A stretch of DNA of 62,790 nucleotides, filler included, from Basidiobolus ranarum (lineage: Eukaryota), in assembly GCA_040143965.1 (NCBI GenBank). It is 33 parts of 33 records of this genome, joined end to end, with 100 filler letters (N's around TTAATTAATTAA, not from the genome) between each part and the next. Parts side by side here need not be neighbours in the genome. Positions count along the whole stretch, not along the records: positions 51,497 to 53,297 come from JASJQH010011180.1; positions 53,398 to 55,197 come from JASJQH010011181.1; positions 55,298 to 57,096 come from JASJQH010011182.1; positions 57,197 to 58,994 come from JASJQH010011183.1; positions 59,095 to 60,892 come from JASJQH010011184.1; positions 60,993 to 62,790 come from JASJQH010011185.1; 27 more parts are not named here. One strand, written 5' to 3'. A program made the translations under genes and the position numbers. Shown here piece after piece: positions 51,397-62,790 of the stretch; position 1 is the first letter of the stretch, and every line of letters starts with the position of its first letter. A model generated the notes under the pieces. The model was not told the origin of the DNA. It saw nothing but the letters and a program-made list of their open reading frames with translations, and did not search any database.

Positions 51397-53103
51397 NNNN
51401 NNNNNNNNNNNNNNNNNNNNNNNNNNNNNNNNNNNNNNNNTTAATTAATTAANNNNNNNNNNNNNNNNNNNNNNNNNNNNNNNNNNNNNNNNNNNNGTCT
51501 ATCTGAGTTGGTTTCTTTTATTTTATTTTTAATCCATTTTAAACCAAAAGTTAAAAACTTGATGCATCTCGATTGATTCAATCTACATATGATATGAAAG
51601 TATACTGGCTTGGCCATGACATATTCTTATAATGTTCAGGTATTGGCTGTGCAATGATTTTGTAACTTACATTTGGAGGGATCTTTGAAATTTAGTATCA
51701 TCTTTGTAACTTCCCGAAGCTCAGTAGTGCTTGTATTAACAACACCTCATATTTATCTATTAGGTTTCCGAAGGTTTGTAATTCCTTCCAAATGTATCCA
51801 CTGTACTAAAGATGGGACATCGCTACTATTCTGTTGTAAACATTTGTGAAAAATCAACTAGTTCAGATAATATATGAGCTGCACTTGGTAAAACAAGATA
51901 AACCAATATTACTCAATGAAAGCTATACCTTCTGTATCAGAAGAGAAATCATGTTGGAAATATAAAGATAATAAATATATAAAACTCGGAAGTTTGCTAT
52001 GGACAAATATGAAAGCAAAGCTTTCTCTCAAGTCTCAATATGTACTGTGCTTCAGCTTTAGAAATGGGCTCGATAACATGCACATGCTAATATCGGGACG
52101 CTCTACAGCTTGAACTATTTCCATATTCATTGGTAAAAACATTTAATGCTCTACTGAGGCATTACTCCTTCCAATAATATACCGCTAACTTGAAACATAA
52201 GGTAAGCTGCGAGCTTACACTAGCGATACTGAAGATATTCGAATTTGCATTGACCTACATTGCAATATCTTTACGGGTAAATCTTACTATATACTACAAA
52301 GTTTTTGCATTGTGTGTAACCAGAGGTAACCATTATGTGTAAATCCCATTTATACATATAAATCATTTTTAAATAGCATGGTTTTGACACCACCTTGGCA
52401 TAGAACCTAGAAGTGGCAATGACTCAGTTAGAATATTACTCCGAGCCCCTCCCCGTACGTTGAATTTAGCTACAGCTGCAATAAATCATTACCATCTAAA
52501 TCATCAGAAAATATCCGATCTGTTCAGTCCTTTATATAGAAAAATATAGAGTTACTATAAGGTTTACAAGATTCTCTGATATCTCAACATAGAACGGAAT
52601 CTAATCCACCATAAAAGGGTCAAAACAAAGTTTAGGAAATTTGACAGTTTAAGCATACTGGCATTAGAGTCAAATCTTGATTAGGCGGTCACCTGAGCTA
52701 TGAAGTTTCAAAGTGAGAGAAGAGTGATTTCACAGCATCTGCTTACATGATTACATCAATCTCCACAATTAAAGCTCCAGGGATGCTTTGATCGCAATAA
52801 ATCTGCCTTTTACTATTGTTGATATAACCATTACACTAGACCAAGTTTTGGAAAGGAAAATCGATGATTAGCCCCACTCGTACGAATATTACACAAGCCC
52901 ACTGATGTCAATAAGTTGGGGGTCTTCAGCAAAAGAAGGCTCTATTTACATCATATCACTTCCTAATCAGAATGACGATATTGATTGATTTTCTCTTGGC
53001 CTGAGTAGTGACCAAGTTGGGTGGCAGGTGAAAGAGAGGCGGATCAAGCGTAGCAGTTGTCATTCAATCATCGTGGCATTAATCGGGCGACCATATTTGT
53101 AAT

Positions 53104-53297
53104 CTATCGAAAGGGAATCAGGTTAATATTCCTGAACCAGGATACGGATTATGTATTACGGCAACGTAAATGAACTCGGAGACGCCAGCACATGCCCTGG
53201 GAAGAGTTTTCTTTTCTTTTTAACAGCTTATCACCCTGAAATCAGATTAACTGGAGCTAGGGTTCAATAGCTGGTAGAGCACTACAACTCTGTAGTG
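53104..53297 (+). rRNA. Cytoplasmic LSU (25S/28S) rRNA internal fragment
   Basis: ATCGAAAGGGAATCAGGTTAATATTCCTGAACC...CCCTGGGAAGAGTTTTCTTTTCTTTTTAACAGCTTATCACCCTGAAATC matches the conserved eukaryotic LSU core; upstream sequence is not recognisable rDNA. Confidence 0.9.
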
Positions 53298-53397
53298 NNN
53301 NNNNNNNNNNNNNNNNNNNNNNNNNNNNNNNNNNNNNNNNNTTAATTAATTAANNNNNNNNNNNNNNNNNNNNNNNNNNNNNNNNNNNNNNNNNNNN

Positions 53398-54920
53398 TTG
53401 TTACCCAATGTGGCTTAATCTTCTATGCCATGTTTGCAAACTTACTTCACCAGTTATGGCCAAGTTTGCATGCTTAAAAGGCAATTTGTTGATTTCTAGC
53501 TGGTATAAGCTTTTACTTTTGATCCCAGTAGCTAATTTAGTATTATTCTGATCTGTGATAGTGCATCCATCCTTACTGCACATGAAGTTTAATCCTTAAG
53601 TTGTAGCTTGGCTTACTGAGAGCAGATTCTTGGCTATATTTGGTACATATAGTAAATCATTCAATTTTGCAGATGGTGTAGCTGTATTTTTGACTAAGTT
53701 GGGTACTACCTTATTGTTACCAACTGCATTTAGTGCATAGTCATCATCTAAGTAGACTTTCCTTGATTGGATTGGTCTTAAGCTGAACACTAATTTTTCC
53801 TGTTTGACATATGCTGGGAAGCTCCAGAATCAATGTACCACATTTCTGAGTCTTCTTTAATGGTTACCAATAGGGCAGACAATAATAGATGCTTGCTATC
53901 AGTGCTTACTTGATTTGCTTGTTCCAATCTTGGCTTTTTGGCAAAAAACCCTTTTCTGCAATACTTGATAAAATGGCCTGGATTCTTGCAATACTTGCAG
54001 ATGATTGATTTCCTATCAGGGGCGCCATTATTGAAGCCTATAAGATGTTTTACAACTCCAAAAGATGCCTGTTCTGCATTATTTTGCTGAGAATTAGTTC
54101 TCCTTAATTCTTCAATTGAAGGCCTAGCACCTATATATTCCATTGTTAATGGCTCTGATCTTAATTCTAGGGCAATTATGAGGTTCCTAAAGTTGTCTGG
54201 CAGGCTCTCATGTAGTGTCGTGACTGGGTCATCTTCCTTTAGAGGAGCTCCAATGGATGAGAGCTGATCTGCCATAACTTTATCCAATTTTAATGAATAA
54301 GCATAGAATCATCAGAATTCATCTGAATTGAGATATATTTTCACCTAAGATGTGGCCTATTAGCCAGACTTTTAGTCTCCTATAGTCCCTCAAGCATTTC
54401 CCAAGCATTTTAGACAATTTTGGCTGATTGTATGTACATCACTTGAGAGTCTTGGTGATGTAGACAAAGTGTAGAGAGTGCTTTCCTCTGCTTCTTGTGC
54501 AAGGTAAGGATAGCTTCTGGTGGTCCCTTGGGCTCTATTTTGTCTCTGGTAACAAATCCCCAGAGGTCCTTGTCTTCTAGCATCATTTGCATCTTAAACT
54601 TTCAAAGGTCAAAGTATTCACCATCAAACTTCTCTGTGGATGCAAAAATATTGGTAATGGTAATGGTTGCCATTCCTTTAGCAGCTAGCCTGGGGCTCAT
54701 AATGTGATAGAAGTGTTTAGTGGACTTGGAAGTATTTTGGATAAGACTTGCATTTGTGAATCAAACTCTTGGGTTGTATTTGATTGAATATGTCCTATTT
54801 ATAACTTACTGTGAAATAGTATTATTGGATATGCTTAGATAGTAACAAACATGCCTATCAAGCATGGGTGAAAATTGGAGGTGATGTGGAGAAGTTTTGA
54901 GAAAATAGTGAAAATTGGTA
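53398..54920 (-). mobile_element. Copia family C 5' portion: LTR-C part (54705-54920), decayed PBS (54693-54704), gag (ATG 54673), protease and pre-integrase
   Basis: KFKMQMMLEDKDLWGFV, CKYCKNPGHFIKYC, WYIDSGASQHM, LYVPNIAKNLLSVS and WHRRLSHIG. Confidence 0.94.
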
Positions 54921-55439
54921 GTTTGGCTAATAGGCTATTACTTGGGCAAAAATTATTATAAATTCACATGAATTCTGGTGATTCTATGCCTAATCGTATG
55001 AATAAGATAAAAACTATGTAGATCAGCTCTCATCCATTGGAGCACCTCTAAACAAAGATAACTTAGCCATGACACTACTTGGGAGCCTGCAAGGCAAGTT
55101 TGGGAACCTCATAATTGCCCTAGAATTAAGAGCAGAGCCTTTACAATGGAATATGTTGGTGCTAGGCTTTTAAATGAGGAATTAAGGAGATCTAATTNNN
55201 NNNNNNNNNNNNNNNNNNNNNNNNNNNNNNNNNNNNNNNNNTTAATTAATTAANNNNNNNNNNNNNNNNNNNNNNNNNNNNNNNNNNNNNNNNNNNNGTG
55301 GGCCTCAATCAAAGTTAGGCAAAGTAGTCAAAATCTTGATTAATTCTCAATACATCCATACTCAAAGATATCCATTGAGAGCTCTAGACTTAAGACACTA
55401 TGAATAATCTTTCATTATCTTTTGAATGTGCAATAATGT

Positions 55440-55593
55440 CTAAAAGTACTTTTCTTAAACATACCACATAAGTAAAACAAACTGTTTCCAAAATGGTAAA
55501 TAACATTGTGCCGGATAGTGCCCAATCATGCCAATTTGTGCTGGCACACTTTTTAGCTGGCCTGATCTGGCTTAATAAAATGGAACAAGCCTA
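55440..55593 (-). mobile_element. End of a putative hAT-like DNA element (second copy at 56942-57096)
   Basis: Two inverted copies share a sharp boundary TAG(G/A)CTTGTTC and GGCAC-containing subterminal motifs. Confidence 0.5.
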
Positions 55594-55976
55594 GTGTCCA
55601 ATCAAGTGTTATAGGACCCAGCCATGGTAATTGACAGATGGTGCCAGATGGTGTACTAGCAGGCTGGATTGAGCGGCACAATCTGACCTGGTCCGATGGA
55701 CCAAGTTTTTTAAAGTTTGACAGCTTATTTTACTAGTTTAGTTAAGTTTGCATGTTCAAAATGACTAATACCAATTAAATCTAGAAATTTGATAACCAGT
55801 TTTACTGGTAATACTGATATACTATTATTACAGTAAGTTGCATAACTTACTTGATACTTTAGCAGCTATAGTGAGCAAAACAAAACAATTGGAAACTTTG
55901 TAGTCTCCAAAAGTTGAATAATTTGAGAAACTACTCCTTTAATAGTGAATTAGAAGAAGCATTGGTGATCAGATTG

Positions 55977-56941
55977 TGTTGATAAAAGTGGGCAAATAGC
56001 AACTCAATATTTAGCAGTTAGCTCATGCATATTTTTAATATTTAGCACTCAATTTTACAATTCCATAACATGTGTTGGTTGCTATAATTGATTCAATTAT
56101 AGTTAGATCACCTTTAACAATTTACAGGCATGTTTGCAATAATCTGAACATGTCTGGTACTCCCTTATCATAGAAAACTATAAATATGACATGTTCAATT
56201 CAACAAAACTTAAGAGTCTAATTCACAAGTCCAAATGTTTTCCAAAACCACTCTAAATTCCCTAAACACTTTGATCAGGCTATGGGCCCTAAGCTAGCTG
56301 TTAACATAATATCTACTAGTATTGGACTTGCTCCATTGTGCCAAGATTTATTGGACCTCGGATCATTATATTACAATAAATGTGATTGAGATTGATGATG
56401 CCAGAGGGTGCTGGATAGTGCCAAATTGTGATGCACAAATTTTAGAATACTTTATCCAATGTGATATATACAGCACAATCTGGCACTATCATAGAGAACA
56501 ATTCCACTATTTCCAATGATTTTGCATCCACAGAGAAGTTGGATAGCAAAGACTTTCACCTTTGTAAGGTCAAGATATATTCAATGCCTGAAGACAAGGA
56601 CCATGGTGATTGTTAAAGGAGTAGAAAGAGAGCCAAAGGGACAACAAGAAGCTATCCTTACCTTTCACAAGAAGCAGGGGAAAGCACTCTCTGCACTTTG
56701 TTTTCCATCTCAGAAACTCTCAATTAAGGCACATACACTGATCCAGAAATGCTCAAAATGCTTGAAAACACTTGCAGGACTCTTTGAGACTAAAGGTCAA
56801 ACTAATAGGCTCTATCTCAAATAGAATTATTCTCAATTCAGAAGAAATCTGGTGAATCTATGGCTAAGCTAACTAATTGGATCCAAGCTATGGCAGATCA
56901 GCTCTCATCCCTTGAAGCACCTCTAAATGAGGATGACATAG
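55977..56941 (+). mobile_element. LTR-C (55977-56277), PBS GGCTATGGGCCC (56278-56289) and decayed gag
   Basis: EPKGQQEAILTFHKKQGKALSAL matches family C gag. Confidence 0.85.
56323..56506. mobile_element. 184-bp MITE-like insertion in gag
   Basis: Imperfect TIR TGGACTTGCTC / GAACAATTCCA; internal GGATAGTGCC and GGCACTATC motifs shared with 55440-55593; gag resumes after it. Confidence 0.55.
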
Positions 56942-57557
56942 TAGACTTGTTCTATTTTATTGAGCCAGATCAGGCCAGCTAAAAAGTGTGCCAGCACAAA
57001 TTGGCATGATTGGGCACTATCTGGCATGATGTTATTTACAATTTTGGAAACAGTTTATTTCACTTAGGTGGTATGTTTGAGAAAAGTACTTTTAGANNNN
57101 NNNNNNNNNNNNNNNNNNNNNNNNNNNNNNNNNNNNNNNNTTAATTAATTAANNNNNNNNNNNNNNNNNNNNNNNNNNNNNNNNNNNNNNNNNNNNTTTT
57201 GCCATCAGAGGTGTATTTAACTTTAAACACTCCTCAGCATCCAATTGATTTTCAGTCATCAGGTAAGTTGTTAAAGTCCCAGCTCAATTATCAATCAAAG
57301 ACTGGTTTCATCAGCCATTGCAGGTGTGCTAAATCTTGTGAGAGGGTCATACAGAGCCTATTTTAAAGTCTGGGGCTTATGTACTTGAACTGTGCAGGCC
57401 TGGGCCCAATGTTGGGACTTATCAACATACTCATAAGGGCTGTTTCTCATCCAATTTAAGCTCCTGGTTTAGGGCAATGTTCAACACCTTTTGGCATTGT
57501 ACTAGGCACTTCAGGAGCCTAAATTTTAGTTCAAGGGCTCACAGAATGGCTACTTTC

Positions 57558-57905
57558 TGTTGAAATTAGCATTGCCTAAACCCCTATATAATCATATATA
57601 GCTAAGTACATAGTTATCTTATATTTCACTAAGATATTATCAATTACTCTCAATTGGAATTTACCTAGAATATTTTTACCAACTTAGAAGTTCTCAGATA
57701 TTTAGATTTTTCAAACTTGTGCTAGAAGCCTCAAACTTTGCACACATGTTCCTGGGACCTTTCTTAACACATTCTGCATGTTAGTTTGTTTACATCTTGA
57801 CAAAACTATAAATGTCAACTTTCTACTCAATAAATCAATAAGAGAAAACCACCAATTCCTCCAATTCTCCAAACCACTTCCAACAGGCTCCCAAATACTT
57901 TAACA
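57558..57905 (+). repeat. Solo LTR-D with 5-bp TSD CTTTC inside a copia integrase-RT linker (57197-58110, minus)
   Basis: CTTTC-TGTTGAAA...TTTAACA-CTTTC; the host sequence rejoins when the LTR is removed. Confidence 0.95.
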
Positions 57906-58110
57906 CTTTCTTCATTGTTTTGGTTTGAATCAATTTGAATTATTGCATCAGGAGAAAATTGATTTTTGTTATCATCTGAGTTCATTTTGGATGAAACTTT
58001 TTCATTCTCAATAAAGAATTTGTATCTGGACTTGATTAACATTTAAAATTTGGTATCCTAGAGTCTGTAGGCCTTAGTTTGAGTACAATAACCCAGAAAT
58101 ATACATTGCT

Positions 58111-58994
58111 TGTTGAAACTAACATTGCTTAAACACCTATATACTCATATATACCCAAACAGAAATTTGAGGATTGTTATTGCAGGAAAACCATCACAAT
58201 TTTAATCCATTTGGGATTGACTGTTTACTTACCATCATAAAATTGTCAAGTTAGATTTGATTTTAATCAATGTTTCAGTTTCAGGAGTGCAATATCAAGT
58301 TCTTGCAACATAGTTGTGCATGATTGGCTACAATCTCAGAGAACTATGAATCAATACATGTGTGAAAACATAATTCAAATTTTACACATTTACTGTCATG
58401 ATTCTGATCTTGGAATACTCATCCACTGCAAATAGAACTCTTCTATTATTAGATTATAACATCATATCTGCTGTGCCATCCCTTGTTGGCAATCTTGTCT
58501 TAGTTCATCCAAGTTACCTTATATGGAAGTCATGTTCTTTGGAACATTCCATGAAACTTAACCAATCATGTCATCCCATACATAGTGTATTTCCACCAAG
58601 ACCTTCCGTGGAAGGTCACCTGATCATTCTTACATCTGTTAAAGTATTCGGGAGCCTGTTGGAAGTGGTTTGGAGAATTAGAGGAATTGGCAGTTTTCAC
58701 TTATTGATTTATTGAGTAGAAAGTTAACATTTATAGTTTTATCAAGATGTAAACAAACTAATGTGTAGAATGTGTTAAGGAAGGTCCCAGGAACATGTGT
58801 GCAAAGTTTGAGGCTTCTAGCACAAGTTTGAAAAATCTAAATATCTGAGAACTTCTAAGTAGGTAAAAATATTCTAAGTAAATTCCAATTGAGAATAATT
58901 CATAATATCTTAGTGAATTATGAGATAACTAAGTACTGAGCTATATATGACTATATAGGTGTTTAGGCAATGCTAATTTCAACACTCTCCCTCA
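58111..58994. mobile_element. Nested stack: LTR-D start (58111), CMC left end (58154), LTR-E (58394), LTR-D 3' LTR (58637-58984, minus) and PPT
   Basis: Each layer begins with its exact terminus. Confidence 0.88.
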
Positions 58995-59094
58995 NNNNNN
59001 NNNNNNNNNNNNNNNNNNNNNNNNNNNNNNNNNNNNNNTTAATTAATTAANNNNNNNNNNNNNNNNNNNNNNNNNNNNNNNNNNNNNNNNNNNN

Positions 59095-59282
59095 TCTGAG
59101 ATTTTAGCCAATCATTCGCAACTATTTTGCGAGATCTTGAAATTTCACTCCTGAAACTGAAAAAATTGATTAAAATCAAATCTAACTTGATGATTTTATG
59201 ATGGCAAGTAAACGGTCAATCCCAAATGGATTAAAATTGTGACGGTTTTCCTACAATAACAATCCTCAAATTTCTGTTAGGG
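59095..59282 (-). mobile_element. Relatively young CMC left end
   Basis: Ends AAATTTCTGTTAGGG on the + strand; retains several CpGs lost in other copies. Confidence 0.88.
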
Positions 59283-59445
59283 CACCTTTGCCCCTTAACA
59301 CTAAATTTACATCCTCTGAACTTGATTAAATTGGTCATCAGGTGTAAGAGTGGATATGATCCAGTATTATCACAATATTGTAAAAGATTGATATCTTGAT
59401 TGTCACTCTATTAAGATTAGTATTTAAGCTAAATAAAGTCCATAC

Positions 59446-60892
59446 CATATGGTGCTTTTCATCCCCCCTATCACTATGTATTTTCTTGATTTTAGTTCCA
59501 GTTTCAGTCTCCACAAGCGTTTTAAAATCTCTAAAGATAGAGAGGACTTCTTCTTTTCTTTCCATAAAGTAGACCCAAGTGTATCTTATATAATCATCAA
59601 CAAACGTGATTAAACATCTTTTCCCACCTAAAGATAAATTTTGCATAGGTCTACACAAATATGAATGAATTAGATCCAATTTTTTGACAGACTTGATTAA
59701 GCCAGAGCTCTTGAATGGTTGCCTGACTTGTTTTCCATATATACAACCCTCACAAATTTCCATTTTGGTTGCAAGGTTAATTTGAATTCCAGAAATTAGG
59801 TGAATTTTTGATCATTTTGCTCAAATGATCAAATTCAATATGGCCAAATCTCTTATGCCATAATTAAATAGTTTCTTGATTGGAATAACTTATATTTACA
59901 CATAAACCTTTTGGATTATATGTAAGTTTGTATAAGTTTTGATCCTTTTCTCCCAAAGCTAAATAATTCCTATTTGATCAGTGATGTTGCATCCTAACTT
60001 TTCAAAATTGAATTTTAGCCCTTCTAAGGTGGCCTTGCATACAGCTATTAAATTCTTGGCAATATCTGGAACATGTAGTACATCCTTAAAAGTATATACT
60101 TTCTCTTCAGAAGCTCCAGTTAAATTGACTTGAATTGTTTGCATTCCAATAGCATCCAATGTGCAGTCATATCCCCTGAAAACCTTCCAAATTGGGATTT
60201 CTTCATAATCCACAAACCAATGCTTTTCATTTGTAAAATGTTGGGAAGCTCCAGAATCATTATACCATGTCTGAGAATCCTTGTTGGTAGTCATATAAAG
60301 AGCAGATATGAACAAGTGACCTTCTGTTGTAACAACATTTCCATATTCAGTATGATTTTCTTCTTTTGCAATTCTTTTACAGCAATCTTTGCTTTAATGG
60401 CCAGTTCTTTTACAGTAATCACAGAATGTGTTACTTTTCTTCTTAAAGTGCTTTTTACATTTATGGGAAGGTTTTGCATAGCCTATTAAAGCATTTTCTT
60501 CATTCTTTTGGTTGAGTCCTGATTTGTGTAAATCTTCATCCTGAAGTCTGCCAAATATGTAATTTACGGTCAAATTTTCAGTTCTTGATTCTAGAGCCAT
60601 TACTATGCTCTGAAACTTGTGTGGCTGACTATTCAGGACTGTAACTATGATATCTTGATCAGTAGTAGTGCTCCAATGCATTCCATTTTATCCACTAAAA
60701 TAGTAACTCTATTAATTAGTGATTTAGTGTCTTCTCCTGGCTTCATCTTGAAGTTACAGAATTATCTTCTTAGAAATATCTTGTTGGCAGCAGATTTGTC
60801 TTTAACTTTTAGACAAATTGTGTTAAAGGCACTTTGTTCTTTTTTAACCTGGAGTAAAACTTTGGTTTCAGATAGTTTTGCATTGTTTTCTT
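59446..60892 (-). mobile_element. Copia gag-protease-integrase (decayed)
   Basis: CDYCKRTGH knuckle, WYNDSGASQHF, LWHKRFGH, CEGCIYGKQ and FVDDYIRYTWVY. Confidence 0.93.
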
Positions 60893-62519
60893 NNNNNNNN
60901 NNNNNNNNNNNNNNNNNNNNNNNNNNNNNNNNNNNNTTAATTAATTAANNNNNNNNNNNNNNNNNNNNNNNNNNNNNNNNNNNNNNNNNNNNCCCCTACC
61001 CGACCTCTTTACGGTGATTTGATTGGCTATAATCGTATAATTCAGCCACCGATTTATGAAATAAGCCATGGAGGTGAAATGGGTACCAAACCCCATCAGC
61101 TTGCTTCCCTAGAAGACCATGATCTGATCCATAAGATCTAAGCACATATAGTTGGCAGGACGTTTATGGGTATAGTGACCTTTTACAGATAATTGTGATT
61201 CCTAGAGTGGCAATATCAATATAACTGCCAATAGTTAAATAGGTTCACGTTGCTCTATTGGCTTGAATGACCAAGGCAGTACTGGTTTTGTCTGTAACAT
61301 TACCCATACGTTGTGACCAGTGTAGGCCCAAGGTTTCTGAATAAGATGGAGATCTCAGTAAATAATAGAAGAATAAAGCGACTTTGAAGTCTCTCCAAAA
61401 TAATAAAGGTAGTTGGTTGAGTAATACATGATAGTATGTGCTATTAGAAATACTGATACTAGACGGTATCCGTGGAGCATACCTGTTATCAATTCATTAC
61501 AACTACTCGTTCTCAATACTTTCCTTAACTTGGTCTACTTCATGATTAGGAATTATAAGGATAGGCCCGAGACATCCTGTAAGCTTAATTATGTAAAAAC
61601 AAGTTGTCCAATATTTCTGAACAACCTTGGTACTATATTGAAATAGGCGGTCTTACAGTCGATATCCACATGATTTCAAGTGGAGTCAGGACACAGTAGG
61701 GGTCAGGAGTCTTGGATTGATCTTGCGAAGTGAACAGTGTTAGTTCAGAACTTTGGTATTGTCTCATCGAACAAACTGTATCAAATGGAAGCACATTCAA
61801 GAATTCCAGAGAGAATTAACTCGGTAGCTAACGATGAATAATAGCCGAGTAAATAGAGCACAGAATGCTCGGCTAAATGAAAGCTTGATGTCAAGAAATA
61901 TGACTAGAGAACTGTCCGAGTTGCAATTGGTTTTATATCGGCGATAGAAGGATTTGAGACAGATTCTTTCACGGTGTCCCAAGTGAACATATGAGTCCCT
62001 ACCCAATAACCAGTTCTCTGACTCTAGAGTCTACATGAGCTGTTATTCCGCTATAGAAGTTGTTTACCGCAGGTTTGAGTAGTACCATGTACTGGTATTA
62101 TCTAGGACACTTTTAGTCATGGTCATGTTTAATTAAGGGTCTTGAATGAATTGAAATTCAGAGTCATGCTTCCATACTATTGTCTACACATCTGTTTACT
62201 ACATTGTAGGCACTTCGAGAACTTAATACTGCCCATCTGAGTCTATCTCTACTAATCATATCTGAGTACGCAAAAGATACTCACAGCCGTTGCTCATGCC
62301 ATGATGCTCTTCGACCAAATATATATAGTGCTATAGCACGTGATAGAGGATCGACCCAGAGTGAGATGCCGAAAATTTGATCAAAAGTGTTATGGTGGCA
62401 GATCTGATCCTTCTCTTCCGAACTCTATTCTTTACCTTCATAGACAAGGTATTTTGCTCAATGCATCCATCAAATTACTGTTAAAATATTAACGATATTG
62501 AAAATTCAAGTCTATAGAA

Positions 62520-62790
62520 ATGCAGGCTGTTCAAACATTCGGTCGTAAGGTTAGTAACTAGAAACTTCGATGTAGTAAAAGTTGAAATGCTCGAATATCC
62601 AAGTGGGAACGATTTTATTGACCACTTATCAATCGACTTGAAATTAGAAAACCGCCACTGCTGTTGCTTTCTGCAAGAGTGGAAAAGGAATGATCCGTAT
62701 TAATGGTTCTCCTATTGAGCTTGTAGATCCTGAAATCCTCAAGTTCAAGGTTTACGAGCCCATCGTTATCCTTGGTGATGATAAATTCGC
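62520..62790 (+). CDS. RPS16: 40S ribosomal protein S16 (uS9); exon 62520-62549, intron 62550-62647, exon 62648 to the window end
   Basis: [57 protein letters not shown]. Confidence 0.96.

Noticed and set aside
58398-58715. Recurrent small ORF MILIL..STANRT.LLLDY (also near 43456) and the ORF at 7219-7518
   Set aside because: They are translations of LTR sequence or chimeric repeat junctions, with frames not conserved between copies
60993-62400. Coding gene upstream of RPS16
   Set aside because: Only short ORFs with no motifs; looks like ordinary intergenic DNA
62550-62647. Intronic snoRNA in RPS16
   Set aside because: No convincing C/D boxes or H/ACA hairpin pattern

Overview
This is not one locus. 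It is 33 separate short eukaryotic contigs, sorted by falling length (1816 to 1798 bp) and joined by 32 artificial 100-nt spacers (N44-TTAATTAATTAA-N44), so adjacency across spacers means nothing. The DNA is fungal. It has short GT-AG introns and a URA2-type CPSase fused to an inactive dihydroorotase-like domain; an early-diverging lineage is my inference only. Four contigs carry partial host genes: a YJR142W-like Nudix hydrolase, THOC1/HPR1, URA2 and RPS16. One carries a 28S rRNA fragment and one a truncated LRR ORF. Most of the rest is nested, decayed transposon sequence. (i) An abundant CMC (CACTA/EnSpm-type) DNA transposon family can be largely reconstructed. It has CCCTAACA(G/A)AAAT termini, an intron-containing transposase and a second ORF set head-to-head about 210 bp away. 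(ii) At least four Ty1/copia LTR families (A-D) occur; among them both full-tRNA (A) and half-tRNA (B, C) iMet priming sites are seen. (iii) There is an orphan LTR family (E), a LINE remnant and a hAT-like small element. Repeats are almost free of CpG while host genes are not, and a young/old copy pair shows CpG-specific decay directly. The strongest leads are the head-to-head CMC element, CpG-directed repeat mutation, a triple LTR array truncated at one site, a 5-bp insertion hotspot hit by three unrelated elements, and the CpG-depleted LRR ORF. All assignments are by eye; no database search was run.
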